Counted from the stretch's first letter, positions 43,374 to 54,659 are shown. The stretch: DNA of 64,000 nucleotides from Anaeromyxobacteraceae bacterium (GCA_047602405.1 JASGHJ010000002.1:1184001-1248000), one strand, 5' to 3'. Numbers and translations: made by a program. The notes: generated by a model from the sequence alone, not told the origin.

Positions 43374-44714
43374 CTACGGCGCGGCTGCGACCTTCCGCTC
43401 CGCCTCGTCGAGCGCGGCCGCGGCGCGGGCGAGCTCGTCGGGGGTGCGGAAGGGGCGGGGCTCGAACGCGGCGGACATCGGCGTGCCCCACTCCTCGCGC
43501 GGCGCCTCGAGGCCCGGGAAGTAGCGGGGCCGCTTCGGCTTCAGCGCCGCCACGGCCTCGGCGAGGGGCGAGCCGAGCACCTCCGCGGCGCCCTCGACGG
43601 CGAGGATCCGCTCGGCACGCCAGCGGAGCTCGAGGAGGCGTCCGAAGCCCTCCTGGAAGATCCGCTTCAGCGGGACCTCGGCGAGCGCGGCGGCGGCGAC
43701 CGCGACGACGCCCGCGGCGGAGCCGCTCCCGGCCCGGGCGCGCAGGTCGAGCCCGAGCTCGACGAGCCCGCGGGCCTCCGACAGCGCCTCGCGCACGCGC
43801 TCGGGGTCGCCGGGGTCCACCCGGTTCGCGACGAGCACGGCGTTCGCGGCGGTGACGAGCTCCGCGTGGACGGCGTCCTTCGGGTCGGGCTCGAGCGCGG
43901 CGACGGCGCGGTCGAGGAGCGTGCCGCGATCGAGCTCGGCGAGGAGGAAGCCGCCCGGCCGCGCCGGGGCGCCGGAGGGGGCGGGCTCCGACGCGGCGCG
44001 CGGCGGGCGCGCGAACCACGAGAGCGCCTCCTCGAGCGGCGGGTAGCCGAGGTCGGCGAGGCGGCCGGCGCGCCAGCGGAGCGCGGTCTCCTCGAGCTCG
44101 CTCGGGAGCTCGAAGCGGAGGGACGACATGAGCCGCGAGGCCGCGAACGGATCCTCGGCGTAGAGGTCGTCCACGATCCCGCGCACGGCGGAGTACTCGG
44201 CGCCCTCGACGAGGAACTCGACGACGAACTTGTTCTCGGGCGTCCGCATGAAGTGCGTCGACTCGAGCTCGGGGTCCTCGTCCTGCTCGAGGTCGTGGAC
44301 CCGCAGGGTCTCCTTGAGCGTGAGGTAGAGCACCTCGCGATCGATCCCGGTGAGCTTCGCGGCCCACCGCGACGCGGCCTTCGGGTCGGTGAGCGACCCG
44401 GCCCGCGCGGCGCGCAGCCAGGGCAGGGCCTTCGCGGGCTCGAAGTGCTCGCCCGTCCAGGCGTCGAGATCGAGGAGCGTCTTGAACTGGCCCGTCGAGG
44501 CGAGCGGGACGAGCCCCGCCGCGTCCTGGAAGCCGACGTCCCGGATGACGAGGTACAGCTCGTCCGCCGGCAGCGCGCGCACGAGCGCCTGCGGATCCCG
44601 CGCCTCGAGGATGAGGTCGAGCCGCTGCCGCCCGCGCGCCGCCGAGAGGGCGATGCGCGCGTCCCGCAGCTCGGCGGGCGCGAGGCGCCGGTCCGGTCGC
44701 TCCGGGCGGGTCAT
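43374..44714 (-). CDS. Conserved delta-proteobacterial protein (DUF6178-like)
   Basis: ALVRALPADELYLVIRDVG, LLDLDAW, ELEETALRWRAGRLADLGYP motifs recalled from this family. Confidence 0.7.
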   Translation of the reverse strand: MTRPERPDRRLAPAELRDARIALSAARGRQRLDLILEARDPQALVRALPADELYLVIRDVGFQDAAGLVPLASTGQFKTLLDLDAWTGEHFEPAKALPWLRAARAGSLTDPKAASRWAAKLTGIDREVLYLTLKETLRVHDLEQDEDPELESTHFMRTPENKFVVEFLVEGAEYSAVRGIVDDLYAEDPFAASRLMSSLRFELPSELEETALRWRAGRLADLGYPPLEEALSWFARPPRAASEPAPSGAPARPGGFLLAELDRGTLLDRAVAALEPDPKDAVHAELVTAANAVLVANRVDPGDPERVREALSEARGLVELGLDLRARAGSGSAAGVVAVAAAALAEVPLKRIFQEGFGRLLELRWRAERILAVEGAAEVLGSPLAEAVAALKPKRPRYFPGLEAPREEWGTPMSAAFEPRPFRTPDELARAAAALDEAERKVAAAP

Positions 44715-44768
44715 GGCGGGGGCCGCGGCGGCGGGCGAGGGCTGGCGGGCCCGCGCCGCGACGGGGTG

Positions 44769-44993
44769 CTACGCGTGCGCGCCGGCGGCGCGGTTCATCC
44801 CGCGGCCGGCCTTCAGCACCTTGCCGGCCTTGAGGCAGCGGGAGCAGACGCGGGCGTGCCGGATCTCGCCCTTGTCCTGGATGCGGACCGAGCGGAGGTT
44901 CGGCAGGGAGCGCGTCTTGTTCTTGTTGTTCGCGTGGGAGACGGTGTTCCCGACGAGCGGGCCCTTCCCACAAACTTCGCAGCGGCGTGCCAT
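44769..44993 (-). CDS. rpmB: 50S ribosomal protein L28 (Zn-binding form)
   Basis: [33 protein letters not shown]...[11 protein letters not shown]. Confidence 0.97.
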   Translation of the reverse strand: MARRCEVCGKGPLVGNTVSHANNKNKTRSLPNLRSVRIQDKGEIRHARVCSRCLKAGKVLKAGRGMNRAAGAHA

Positions 44994-45100
44994 GGCGAGG
45001 TGCTCCAAGATGCAGGGGTTCCGGCGCGCGACTTCGCTCCGAATCCCGAAAAGGGTCGGCATCTTACGCAAAACGCTCCACAAAGCAAGGGGGACCGGGC

Positions 45101-46654
45101 CTACCGGCCCCCGTCCTTCGCCCCCAGCATCGCCGCGACGTGCCCGGCGGCCTGGATGCCCGCGTAGAACTCGCCCTCGACGCCCAGCCCCGGGACCACC
45201 TCCCGGCCCGCGAACACGAGGTTCTTCCAGGGGCTGCGCACCGGGAGGCCGCCGATCCCGAGCCGGTCGTCGGCGTCGCACAGGTACAGCGGGTGCGCCT
45301 GGGCCATGTGGGCCCGCTCCGGGTCGGCGAGCAGCGGGGCGGACTCCACGACGAGGTGGCGCTCGAAGAACGGGATGGCGTCGGCGACCGCCTCCCGGAT
45401 CCTCGCGGCGGCGTCGGCGAGCCCCTGGGGCCGCATCCCGGCGGGCACGTAGGCCGCGGCGCAGACCACGCGCTCGTCGGCGATCACCTCGCCCTGGGTG
45501 CCCTTGTCGGAGGCGCCCTTGCGCGCCTCGTGGTGCGCGGGCAGGACCTGCATGAACACCGCGTTCTCGATGCCCTCGCCGCCGGCCGCGTCGCGCAGCG
45601 CGAGGACGTTCTCGCCGAGGGCGGGCGGGAGCGCGCGCTCCTTCACGACGAGGTTGAGCGTGAGGAGCTGCCGGGCGGAGTGGACCTTCGTGAGGCCCGC
45701 CGCCTGGCGGGACGCGCGCACGTCCGCGGGGAGGAGCGCGAGGAAGCGCTCCGCGTCGGTGGCCGCCACGAACGCGCGCGCGACGTGGGCGTCCGGCGAG
45801 TCGGCGAGGCGCACCGCGCTCACCCGGCCGTGATCGAGCTCGAGCCCGGTGGCGAGCGCGGGCTCGCCCGGCTTGCCGCGCAGCTCGCCGCGCGACTCCT
45901 GGATCCGCCGCCGCACCATCTCGCGCAGCGTGCCGAGGCCGCCCGGCAGCCGGTGCGTGCCGCGGAACGCGCCGCCGAGGAGCCGCACGAGCGACATCGG
46001 CGAGGGCGGGCCGTCGCGGTAGGTGAGGAACCGGTGCGCGACGAGGAGGCTCCTCACGAGCTCCTCGTCCTGGAGCTTCTCGAACGGGCGGGCCTCGTCG
46101 ACGGCCCTCGGCGGGGCCCCCGGGGCCGAGGCCGCGAGCTTCACGGCCTTGCGCACGGTCCAGCGCTCGCCGAAGCCGTCCGGCGGCAGGGGCGGCGCGG
46201 CGCGCAGGAAGAAGCCGGCGAAGTCGAAGTACGTCCCGAGCTCCGCGAACCCCGCCTCGAGCGCCTCGGCGGCGGCGGGCCACTCGCGCTTCAGCTCGCC
46301 GCGCAGCACGGCCGGGTCCCGGGCGAGATCGACCCGGTGGCGCGGCAGGAGGAGCTGCAGGTCGGTGTGGCTCGCCACGAGCGCGCGGCCGACGTCGGTC
46401 GCGAGCCCGAGCTCGCCGAGCACCGCCTCGGCGCTCGGCAGGTGGCGCGGGGAGGGGACCACCGCGGGCCCGAACGGCAGCACGTAGCCGTGGTCGACGT
46501 AGTGGAACCCGGGGTCGTCGTGCGCGACGTGCAGGACGCGGAAGCCGCGCCGGGCGAGCAGGGCGCCGGCGACCACGCCGCCGAGCTGCGAGCCGAGGAT
46601 GCACACGTCGTAGACGCGCTGGGTGGCGGGCGGTCGGAAGGTCTGGGTGGCCAC
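45101..46654 (-). CDS. Phytoene-desaturase/GDI-superfamily flavoprotein-fold protein
   Basis: [27 protein letters not shown]ossmann start; C-terminal [18 protein letters not shown]. Confidence 0.7.
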   Translation of the reverse strand: MATQTFRPPATQRVYDVCILGSQLGGVVAGALLARRGFRVLHVAHDDPGFHYVDHGYVLPFGPAVVPSPRHLPSAEAVLGELGLATDVGRALVASHTDLQLLLPRHRVDLARDPAVLRGELKREWPAAAEALEAGFAELGTYFDFAGFFLRAAPPLPPDGFGERWTVRKAVKLAASAPGAPPRAVDEARPFEKLQDEELVRSLLVAHRFLTYRDGPPSPMSLVRLLGGAFRGTHRLPGGLGTLREMVRRRIQESRGELRGKPGEPALATGLELDHGRVSAVRLADSPDAHVARAFVAATDAERFLALLPADVRASRQAAGLTKVHSARQLLTLNLVVKERALPPALGENVLALRDAAGGEGIENAVFMQVLPAHHEARKGASDKGTQGEVIADERVVCAAAYVPAGMRPQGLADAAARIREAVADAIPFFERHLVVESAPLLADPERAHMAQAHPLYLCDADDRLGIGGLPVRSPWKNLVFAGREVVPGLGVEGEFYAGIQAAGHVAAMLGAKDGGR

Positions 46655-46666
46655 GGGCGGTAGAGA

Positions 46667-47341
46667 TTATCCGAGGTCCGGGTTCCGCAGGGCGCCGACC
46701 TCACGAGGGCCCGCTCCCTCGACCCGCACCCGGCGCCCGGCCACCGAGAGCCGCCCGGCGGCGTACCAGCCGATCGCCGCCGGGTAGAGCCGGTGCTCCT
46801 CGACGAGGACCCGGGCGGCGAGCGCCTCCTCCGTGTCGTCGGGCAGGACCGGCACCGCCGCCTGCGCGATCACCGGCCCGGTGTCGGTGCCCTCGTCGAC
46901 GAAGTGCACGGTGCAACCGGAGACCCGCGCGCCGTACGCGAGGGCCTGCCGGTGCGCGTGCAGGCCGGGGAAGCTCGGCAGGAGCGCCGGGTGGATGTTC
47001 ATGACCCGCGGGCAGCCGCGGCTCGCCGCGCTCGGGCCGAACGCCGCGAGGAACCCGGGCGTCACGAGCCGCATCCACCCGCACAGGCAGACGAGGTCCA
47101 CGCCGCGCGCCTGGAGCGCGGCCGCGAGCTCGCGATCGTAGGCGGCGCGGTCGGCGACGCCCTTCGACGGTACGAGCAGCGCCTCGACGCCGGCCCTCCG
47201 CGCCCGCTCGAGCGCGCCCGCGCCCGGGACGTTCACGGCCACGACCGCGACCGTGGCGTCGATCCGGCCCGCGGCGCAGGCGTCGAGGATGGCCTGCAGG
47301 TTGGTGCCGCCGCCGGAGGCGAGGACGCCGAGCCTCGTCAA
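46667..47341 (-). CDS. purN: Phosphoribosylglycinamide formyltransferase
   Basis: TTG start overlapping the purM stop; [42 protein letters not shown]. Confidence 0.96.
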   Translation of the reverse strand: MTRLGVLASGGGTNLQAILDACAAGRIDATVAVVAVNVPGAGALERARRAGVEALLVPSKGVADRAAYDRELAAALQARGVDLVCLCGWMRLVTPGFLAAFGPSAASRGCPRVMNIHPALLPSFPGLHAHRQALAYGARVSGCTVHFVDEGTDTGPVIAQAAVPVLPDDTEEALAARVLVEEHRLYPAAIGWYAAGRLSVAGRRVRVEGAGPREVGALRNPDLG

Positions 47342-48369
47342 CGCACGACCTCGCAGGTCGCCTCGCCCTCGCCCTTCACGATCTCGCCGACGGTCCAGCT
47401 CGCGAGGCCGCGGGCGGAGAGCGCCGCGTGCGCCGCCCGCTCGTCGCCGGGCGCCACGAAGGCGACGAGGCCGAGCCCCATGTTGAAGGTCCGGTACATG
47501 TCGTCCCAGGGCACGTCGAGCTCGCGCTGGACGACGTCGAAGATCGGCGGGCGGTCCCACCGCTTCTCCTCGAGCACCGCCTTGAACCCGTCGGGCAGGT
47601 TGCGCGGCGCGTTCCCGGGGAGGCCACCGCCGGTGATGTGGGCGAACGACCTCACCGGCACGGCGGCGAGCAGCGCCGCGACGTCCTTCGCGTAGATGCG
47701 GGTCGGCTCGAGGAAGGCCTCGGCGAGCGAGCGCCCGTCGAGGACGTCGAGCCGCTCGTCGAGCTTGCGGCGCTCGAGGACCTTCCGCGCGAGCGAGTAG
47801 CCGTTCGAGTGGAGGCCGGTCGAGGCGATGCCGATCGCGAGATTGCCCACCGCGACCCGCTTGCCGTCCACGATCCGGGAGCGCTCCACCACGCCCACCG
47901 AGAAGCCGGCGAGGTCGTACTCGCCCGGCGCGTAGAAGCCGGGGAGCTCCGCGGTCTCCCCGCCGATGAGGGCGCAGCCCGCCTGGCGGCAGCCCTCGGC
48001 GATGCCCTTCACCACCTGCGCGGCCTGCTCGGCCGAGAGCTTCCCGGTCGCGAAGTAGTCGAGGAAGAAGAGCGGCTCCGCGCCCACGACCGCGACGTCG
48101 TTCACGCACATCGCCACGAGGTCGATCCCGACCGTGTCGTGCCGGTTCGCGTCGAAGGCGACCTTGAGCTTCGTGCCCACGCCGTCGGTGCCCGAGACGA
48201 GCACCGGCTCCCGGTACTTCTTCGTGTCGAGCGCGAAGAGGCCGCCGAAGCCGCCGATGCCGGCGAGGACCTCGGGCCGCATCGTGGGGCGGGCGAGGGG
48301 CTTGATGAGATCGACGAGGCGGTCGCCCTCGTCGATGTCGACGCCAGCGTCCCGGTAGGTGAGGGCCAT
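47338..48369 (-). CDS. purM: Phosphoribosylformylglycinamidine cyclo-ligase
   Basis: YRDAGVDID, DGVGTK, IGGETAE, GLHSNGYSL, HITGGG, RTFNMG. Confidence 0.97.
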   Translation of the reverse strand: MALTYRDAGVDIDEGDRLVDLIKPLARPTMRPEVLAGIGGFGGLFALDTKKYREPVLVSGTDGVGTKLKVAFDANRHDTVGIDLVAMCVNDVAVVGAEPLFFLDYFATGKLSAEQAAQVVKGIAEGCRQAGCALIGGETAELPGFYAPGEYDLAGFSVGVVERSRIVDGKRVAVGNLAIGIASTGLHSNGYSLARKVLERRKLDERLDVLDGRSLAEAFLEPTRIYAKDVAALLAAVPVRSFAHITGGGLPGNAPRNLPDGFKAVLEEKRWDRPPIFDVVQRELDVPWDDMYRTFNMGLGLVAFVAPGDERAAHAALSARGLASWTVGEIVKGEGEATCEVVR

Positions 48370-48648
48370 GGCCCGGCCCTTACCGGAACCCGGGCGGCAG
48401 GGCAAGGCTCTGCTGATGGCCGGCTCCCGCCCTGCGGCGGGAGCGCGCCGCCGCCACGGCCGCCGCGCGGCGGCTCACATCGCGACGGCGAGGAGGAGGA
48501 AGGCGGCGAGGAGGACGACGGTCGTTCGCATCGGCGTTCCGGGGGAAGCGCAGCATACCAAACGTGAGATTGACCGCCAGCCCGTGACCGCGCTTCAGGC
48601 GGGGGCCCCGGCGGCCGGCCGGAAACCTGCTACCATCCCCGGCGCCCT

Positions 48649-50983
48649 ATGGCCGGACTCCGACGCCTGCTGCGCCTCGACGCGTTCCGGCTGGCGCTGT
48701 ACGTCGGGCTCCTCTTTCCCCTGCTGCACTTCGTCAACCTCGTGCGGGGGGTCGACCTGCCGGTCATCTCCCGGGTCGAGCACGCGGCCCAGGACTACGC
48801 CCTCACCCGGCTCCGCGGCCCCCGCCCGACCTCCGGACGGGTCGTCATCGTCGCCATCGACAACAAGTCGGTCCGCGAGGAGGGGCGCTGGCCCTGGCCT
48901 CGCGAGAAGATGGCGAAGCTCGTCGAGCAGATGGGCAAGGGCGGGGTCGCCTCGGTCGGCTTCGATATCGTGTGGGACGCCGACGACGAGGTGGGGCGCC
49001 GCCTCGCCCGCGTGGCGTCGGTGGTGAAGACCGCGAAGGGGGAGGCCCGGCCCGGCGGGCCGCTCGAGGACGCCTGGGCCGCCGCCCAGAACCCCGACCC
49101 CACGGTCGCGGTCGACCGGGATCCCACCGAGCTCCTCGCCGACGCCATCGAGGACGCCAAGAACGTCACGCTCGGCTTCACCTTCCTCACCCCGGATCAG
49201 GTGGCGGGCCTGGGCGCGGACGTCGACGACGACCTCCAGAAGGTCTCCTTCTTCCGGATCGACCCCGTCCACGTCATCGAGGGCGGCCGGCTCGTGCCGG
49301 TCGAGCCGGCGCCGCAGCTGCCGCAGCACTGGGCGGGCGTGGTCCGGCCGCTCGACGTGCTCCTCTCGGTCGCCTCGTCCGGCGGCTACTTCACCTCCTC
49401 GACCGACGACGACGGCGTCATCCGCAGGTACGTGACGGTCGGGGCGGTGGGCCCCTCGAACTTCGCCTCCCTGGGCATCGCCACGCTCGCGCGCACGCTC
49501 GGGCCGGAGGGTCAGGTGGCGCGGGTGACACCCATCGCGAAGGTGCGCGGGTCGCGCTTCCTCGCGGCGGTGCGGCTCGGCGACGTCACGGTCGACGTCG
49601 ACGACGCCGGCTTCGCGTACCTCAACTACTACGGGCAGTACCGGGACTTCCCCACCTGGTCGGCGACCGACGTGCTGCACGGCAAGATCCCGCCCGACCA
49701 GATGCGCGGGAAGGTGGCGGTCGTCGGGACCACCGCGGTGGCCACCTGGGATCAGCGGGTCACGCCCTTCGACGCGTTCGCGCCCGGGGTGATCACCCAC
49801 GCCACGTTCATGGAGAACGTGCTCCGGGGCGAGCTCCTGGTGCGCACGCAGACGGTGGTCGTCGCCGAGGTGGTGGTGCTGGTCCTCACCGCCTTCGGGC
49901 TGGCGCTCCTCTTCTCGCGGGTGTCGTCGCTGCTCTCCGCGCCGGCGCTCGTCGTCGCGGCGGGCGTCACCGCGGGCACGGGGGTCGTCGCGCTGCAGCG
50001 CTTCAACCTGCTCCTCGCGGTGGCGCTGCCGATCATGCAGCAGTTCGCCATCTTCCTCGCCGCGACCTCCTACCGGTTCTTCAACGAGGAGCGCGAGCGG
50101 CGCAAGGCGCGCGAGACCTTCAGCCGCTTCCTCGCGCCGGCCATCGTGGAGCAGGTGCTCGAGCGCGAGGGGTCGCTGAAGCTCGGCGGCGAGAAGCGCG
50201 AGCTCACCTGCCTCTTCGCCGACATCCGCGGGTTCACGACGCTCTCGGAGAAGCTCGACCCCCACGTGCTCCTCGAGGTGCTGAACGAGTACCTCACGCC
50301 GATGACCGACATCATCGTGCAGGAGCACCAGGGCACGCTCGACAAGTACATCGGCGACGCGATCATGGCGTTCTGGGGTGCGCCCTCGCCGCAGGACGAC
50401 CACGCCCTGCGCGCCTGCCGCGCCGCGCTCGGGATGATCCGCAAGCTCTCGGAGCTCCGGGTCGGCTGGCGGGAGCGCAACCTCCCGGACATCGACATCG
50501 GGGTGGGGCTCAACACCGGCCCGATGTCGGTCGGGTTCCTCGGCAGCCAGGACCGCTTCTACAACTACACGGTGCTGGGCGACGCGGTGAACCTCTCCTC
50601 GCGCCTCGAGGGCGCGAACCGGCAGTACGGTACGCACATCCTCATCGGCCCCATCACCTGCGAGCGGGTGAAGGACCACATGGTGCTGCGCGAGGTCGAC
50701 CGTGTCCGCGTGAAGGGCAAGCGCGAGCCGGTGCGGATCTTCGAGCTCCTCGGCGAGGCGCCCGCGTCGCCCGGGCAGGCGGCCTTCCTCGAGGCGTTCT
50801 CCTGGGGCATCTCCGCGTACCAGGCGCAGCGCTGGGACGAGGCGATCGGCCGGTTCCGCGAGGCCGCCCGCCTCGCCGGCGGCGACGAGACGAGTGAGAT
50901 TCTACGTGGCCCGGTGCGAGGCGATGCGTCGCGAGCCACCCGGACCCCAGTGGGACGGGGTCTACGAGATGCACAGCAAGTGA
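48649..50983 (+). CDS. CHASE2-domain class III adenylate/guanylate cyclase with an apparent 1-nt insertion at about 50898-50902
   Basis: CHASE2 VVIVAID..GRWPWPR, DDDGVIRR; 3 TM; LFADIRGFT, DKYIGDAIM, YTVLGDAVNLSSRLEG; corrected C-terminus EIYVARCEAMRREPPGPQWDGVYEMHSK* ending at 50983. Confidence 0.92.
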
Positions 50984-51058
50984 CGCGCCGGGCAGGACCG
51001 GTTGTTTGACACTCCCTCCCGGGATCGGCTACCCACCAGAGGAATCAACCAGCGAGCC

Positions 51059-51706
51059 ATGGCCGAGGACCCTCTCTTCCAGCGCTTCGGACGCGAGTTC
51101 CAGAAGGGCACCGTCCTCTTCCGCGAGGGCGAGGCCGGCAAGGAGATGTACGTCGTCCACCAGGGCCGGGTGACCATCGCGAAGAAGGTCGGCGGGGTGG
51201 AGAAGATCCTCGCCTCGCTCGGGCCCGGCGAGTTCCTGGGCGAGATGTCGATCCTCAACAACAAGCCGCGGTCCGCGACCGCGACCTGCGCCGAGGACTC
51301 GAAGCTCCTCGTCATCGACGCGAAGACCTACGAGGCGATGATCCGCGGCAACGCCGAGATCGCGGTCCGCCTGATCAAGAAGCTCGCGGAGCGCCTGCAG
51401 GAGGCCGACGAGCACATCGAGAACCTGCTCCTCGCCGACGCCTCGAGCCGGGTGGTGCACTACCTCGCCCGCGCCGCGCAGAAGGTGCAGAAGGGCCCCT
51501 CCGGCGCGAAGGTCGAGGTGGCGCCGAAGGAGCTGCCCGCCCGGGTGGGCGTGAAGGCCGAGCAGGCCGACGAGGTGCTCATGAAGCTCCTCAAGGCCAA
51601 CATCATCAGCGTCCACCCGGACGGCTTCCTCGTGCCGGACGTCGACAAGCTGCTCCACTTCCTGGAGTTCCTCCAGATGAAGGCGCAGTTCGGGGACGTC
51701 GCGTGA
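51059..51706 (+). CDS. Crp/Fnr family cyclic-nucleotide-binding protein
   Basis: LFREGE, GPGEFLGEMSIL..PRSATA cNMP-binding motif; C-terminal HTH-like region. Confidence 0.9.
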   Translation: MAEDPLFQRFGREFQKGTVLFREGEAGKEMYVVHQGRVTIAKKVGGVEKILASLGPGEFLGEMSILNNKPRSATATCAEDSKLLVIDAKTYEAMIRGNAEIAVRLIKKLAERLQEADEHIENLLLADASSRVVHYLARAAQKVQKGPSGAKVEVAPKELPARVGVKAEQADEVLMKLLKANIISVHPDGFLVPDVDKLLHFLEFLQMKAQFGDVA

Positions 51707-52467
51707 GGTTGACCGTCCTGGGCTGCTCCGGGGGCGAGCTCCCCCGCCACCGCACCACGTGCTTCCTCGTGGACGGCCGGCTCGCGGTCGACGCGGGCGC
51801 GCTGACCCAGGGGCTCGAGCTCGACGAGCTCCTCAAGGTCGACGACATCCTCCTCACGCACAGCCACTTCGATCACGTGAAGGACGTGCCGCTGCTCGCC
51901 GACCTCCTCGTCGGCCGGCGGAAGGCGCCGGTCCGCGTCTGGGCCTCGCCCGAGTGCGCGACCGCGCTGCGCGAGGACGTCTTCAACGACCGGCTCTGGC
52001 CCGACTTCACGCGCATCCCCACCGGCGAGCAGCCGGTGATCGAGATCCGCGCGTTCGACCCCGCGAGGCCGTTCCGGATCGGGAAGTACCGGGTCTCGCC
52101 GGTGCCGGTGGTCCACCCGGTGGAGTCGATGGGCTACGTGGTCTCCGACGGGAAGGCCTCCTTCGCGATCTCCGGCGACACCGGCCCGACCGACGCGTTC
52201 TGGGCCCGGGTGAACCGGGAGAAGAAGCTCGGGGCCGTCCTCGTGGAGCTCTCGTTCCCGGACGCCCTGCAGTGGCTCGCCGACGTCTCGGGCCACCTCA
52301 CGCCGAGGACCCTGCAGGGCGAGCTCGCGAAGCTCGAGCGCAACGGGTTCCCCGTGCTCCTCTATCACCTGAAGCCCGCCTACGCCGCCGAGCTCAGGAA
52401 GGCGATCGCGAAGGCCCGGCTGCCGGGCGTGCGCGTGCTCAGGGTCGGCGACGACTTCGTCCTGTAG
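51703..52467 (+). CDS. 3',5'-cyclic-nucleotide phosphodiesterase, class II (MBL fold)
   Basis: VLGCSGG, VDAG, LTHSHFDHV, FNDRLWPDF, SGDTGPT, ELSFP, GHLTP, YHLKP. Confidence 0.88.
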   Translation: MRLTVLGCSGGELPRHRTTCFLVDGRLAVDAGALTQGLELDELLKVDDILLTHSHFDHVKDVPLLADLLVGRRKAPVRVWASPECATALREDVFNDRLWPDFTRIPTGEQPVIEIRAFDPARPFRIGKYRVSPVPVVHPVESMGYVVSDGKASFAISGDTGPTDAFWARVNREKKLGAVLVELSFPDALQWLADVSGHLTPRTLQGELAKLERNGFPVLLYHLKPAYAAELRKAIAKARLPGVRVLRVGDDFVL

Positions 52468-52487
52468 GCGGCACCCCGGGGAGAAAC

Positions 52488-53339
52488 ATGGCCTGGTTCT
52501 CGAAGCAGAAGAAGATGAAGGCGAGGGACGTTCCGTCCGGGCCGGTGCCGGCCGCGAAGGGCGAGAACGTCTGGCACCGCTGCGACGCGTGCGGCGAGGT
52601 CGTGCCGACCCTCGACTTCGAGAAGAGCTGGAACGTCTGCGCGGCGTGCGGCCAGCACGAGGCGCTCCCGGTGCGCCGGCGCTTCGAGCTCGTCTGCGAC
52701 CCGGGCACCTTCCAGGAGCTCGACGGCGAGCTCACCCCGCAGGACCCGCTCGGCTTCGTCGACTCGAAGAAGTACCGGGACCGGCTCCGGGGGACCTACA
52801 AGAACACCGGCCTGCGCGACGCGTTCGTCTCCGGCGTCGGGGCGATCCAGAAGCAGCCGGTGTCGCTGGGCTGCTTCGCCTTCGAGTTCATGGGCGGCTC
52901 GATGGGCTCGGTGGTGGGCGAGAAGGTCGCCCGCGTGTTCGACCGCGCCTGGGAGCGGCGCATCCCCGCCATCGTGTTCAGCTCGTCGGGCGGCGCGCGC
53001 ATGCAGGAGGGCATCTTCTCGCTCATGCAGATGGCGAAGACCTCCGCGGCCATCAACCGCTTCCGGTCGATCCGCAAGCCTTACGTCTCGGTGATGCTCC
53101 ACCCGACCACCGGCGGCGTGGCTGCGAGCTTCGCCTGGCTCGGCGACGTCATCGTGGCCGAGCCGAAGGCCCTCATCGGCTTCGCCGGCCCGCGCGTCAT
53201 CGAGCAGACCATCCGCGAGAAGCTCCCGCCGGGCTTCCAGCGCTCCGAGTTCCTCATCGAGCACGGCATGATCGACGCGATCGTGCACCGCCACGAGCTG
53301 CGCGAGCGGCTCGGGCAGCTGCTCTCGCTGATGGGCTAG
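52488..53339 (+). CDS. accD: Acetyl-CoA carboxylase carboxyltransferase beta subunit
   Basis: C4 Zn finger, FMGGSMGSVVGEK, SGGARMQEG, PTTGGV, GFAGPRVIEQT. Confidence 0.97.
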   Translation: MAWFSKQKKMKARDVPSGPVPAAKGENVWHRCDACGEVVPTLDFEKSWNVCAACGQHEALPVRRRFELVCDPGTFQELDGELTPQDPLGFVDSKKYRDRLRGTYKNTGLRDAFVSGVGAIQKQPVSLGCFAFEFMGGSMGSVVGEKVARVFDRAWERRIPAIVFSSSGGARMQEGIFSLMQMAKTSAAINRFRSIRKPYVSVMLHPTTGGVAASFAWLGDVIVAEPKALIGFAGPRVIEQTIREKLPPGFQRSEFLIEHGMIDAIVHRHELRERLGQLLSLMG

Positions 53340-53361
53340 GCCGAGGCCGGGGCCCCGCCCC

Positions 53362-54567
53362 ATGGATCCGCACCGCTACCTCGAAGCCCTCGAGCCGCTC
53401 TCCATGCGGTTCGGGCTCGACCGCATGGAGCGGGCGCTCGCCGCGCTCGGGCGGCCGGACCGCGCCTACCCGATCCTCCACGTCGCCGGCACGAACGGGA
53501 AGGGCTCGACCTGCGCGATGTCCGCCGCCGCGCTCGCCGCGGCCGGGCACCGGGTGGGTCTCTACACCTCGCCCCACCTCGTCGCCTTCGAGGAGCGCAT
53601 CCAGGTCGACGGCGCGCCGGTGGGGGAGGGGGACCTCGCCGCGCTCGTCGACGCGGTGCGGGCCGCCTGCCCCTGGCACGACGCCGGCGGACCGGGCGAG
53701 CGGCTCACCTACTTCGAGTTCGCGACGCTGCTCGGGCTCCTCCACTTCGCGCGGGCGCGCTGCGGCGCCGCGGTGGTGGAGGTGGGGCTCGGCGGCCGGC
53801 TCGACGCGACGAACGTCGTCGAGCCCCGCGTGACCGCCATCGCCCGCATCGGCCTCGACCACCAGGCGCTCCTCGGCGGCACCTTCGAGGCCATCGCCGC
53901 CGAGAAGGCCGGGATCATGAAGCCGGGGGTGCCGGTGGTGGTGCACGCCGACCAGCCGCCGGGCGCGCTGGCGGTGCTGCGCGCCGAGGCCGCGCGGCGC
54001 GCGGCGCCGCTCGAGGTCGCGCCGGCCGACGTCGCGGGCGCGGTCGCGCTCCCCGGCCCGCACCAGCGGGCGAACGCGGGCCTCGCCGCCGCGGCGGTGC
54101 GCGCGCTCGCCCGGGCCGGCGTGCCCGTCGACGAGGCCGCCCTGGCCCGGGGCCTCGCCACCGCGCGCTGGCCGGGGCGGATCGAGACCGTGGGCGGCGT
54201 GCTCCTCGACGGCGCGCACAACCCGCAGGGCGCGGCCGCGCTCGCCGCGGCGCTCCCGGTGCTCCACCCGGGCCGGCCGGTCGAGCTCGTGCTCGGCGTG
54301 CTCGCCGACAAGGACCTCGCCGGCATGATCGACGCGCTCGCGCCCGCGGTGCGCCGCGTCCACGCGGTCGCGCCGCCGTCGCCCCGGGCCCGCGCGGCCG
54401 CGGAGATCGCCGCCGCGGCCCGCGCGCGCGGGCTCCTCGCGGAGGAGCATCCGGCGCTCGGGCCCGCGCTGGCGAGGGCTCGGTCGCTCGCCGGGCCGGG
54501 TGGTCAGGTGTGCGTGGCCGGCTCCCTGTATCTCGTGGGCGAGGCGCGCGCGCTGCTCGCGCCCTAG
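53362..54567 (+). CDS. folC: Folylpolyglutamate synthase/dihydrofolate synthase
   Basis: HVAGTNGKGST, YTSPHL, EVGLGGRLDATN, WPGR, LDGAHN, AGSLYLVG; follows accD. Confidence 0.96.
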   Translation: MDPHRYLEALEPLSMRFGLDRMERALAALGRPDRAYPILHVAGTNGKGSTCAMSAAALAAAGHRVGLYTSPHLVAFEERIQVDGAPVGEGDLAALVDAVRAACPWHDAGGPGERLTYFEFATLLGLLHFARARCGAAVVEVGLGGRLDATNVVEPRVTAIARIGLDHQALLGGTFEAIAAEKAGIMKPGVPVVVHADQPPGALAVLRAEAARRAAPLEVAPADVAGAVALPGPHQRANAGLAAAAVRALARAGVPVDEAALARGLATARWPGRIETVGGVLLDGAHNPQGAAALAAALPVLHPGRPVELVLGVLADKDLAGMIDALAPAVRRVHAVAPPSPRARAAAEIAAAARARGLLAEEHPALGPALARARSLAGPGGQVCVAGSLYLVGEARALLAP

Positions 54568-54659
54568 CGCCAGATATCGGGTCGCCCCGCTTTTTGGGCG
54601 GCGGGCTTTGCGGTGCTACGCTCCCTCGGCCGGAAGCCTCTCATCCGGGGAGCCTGCCC

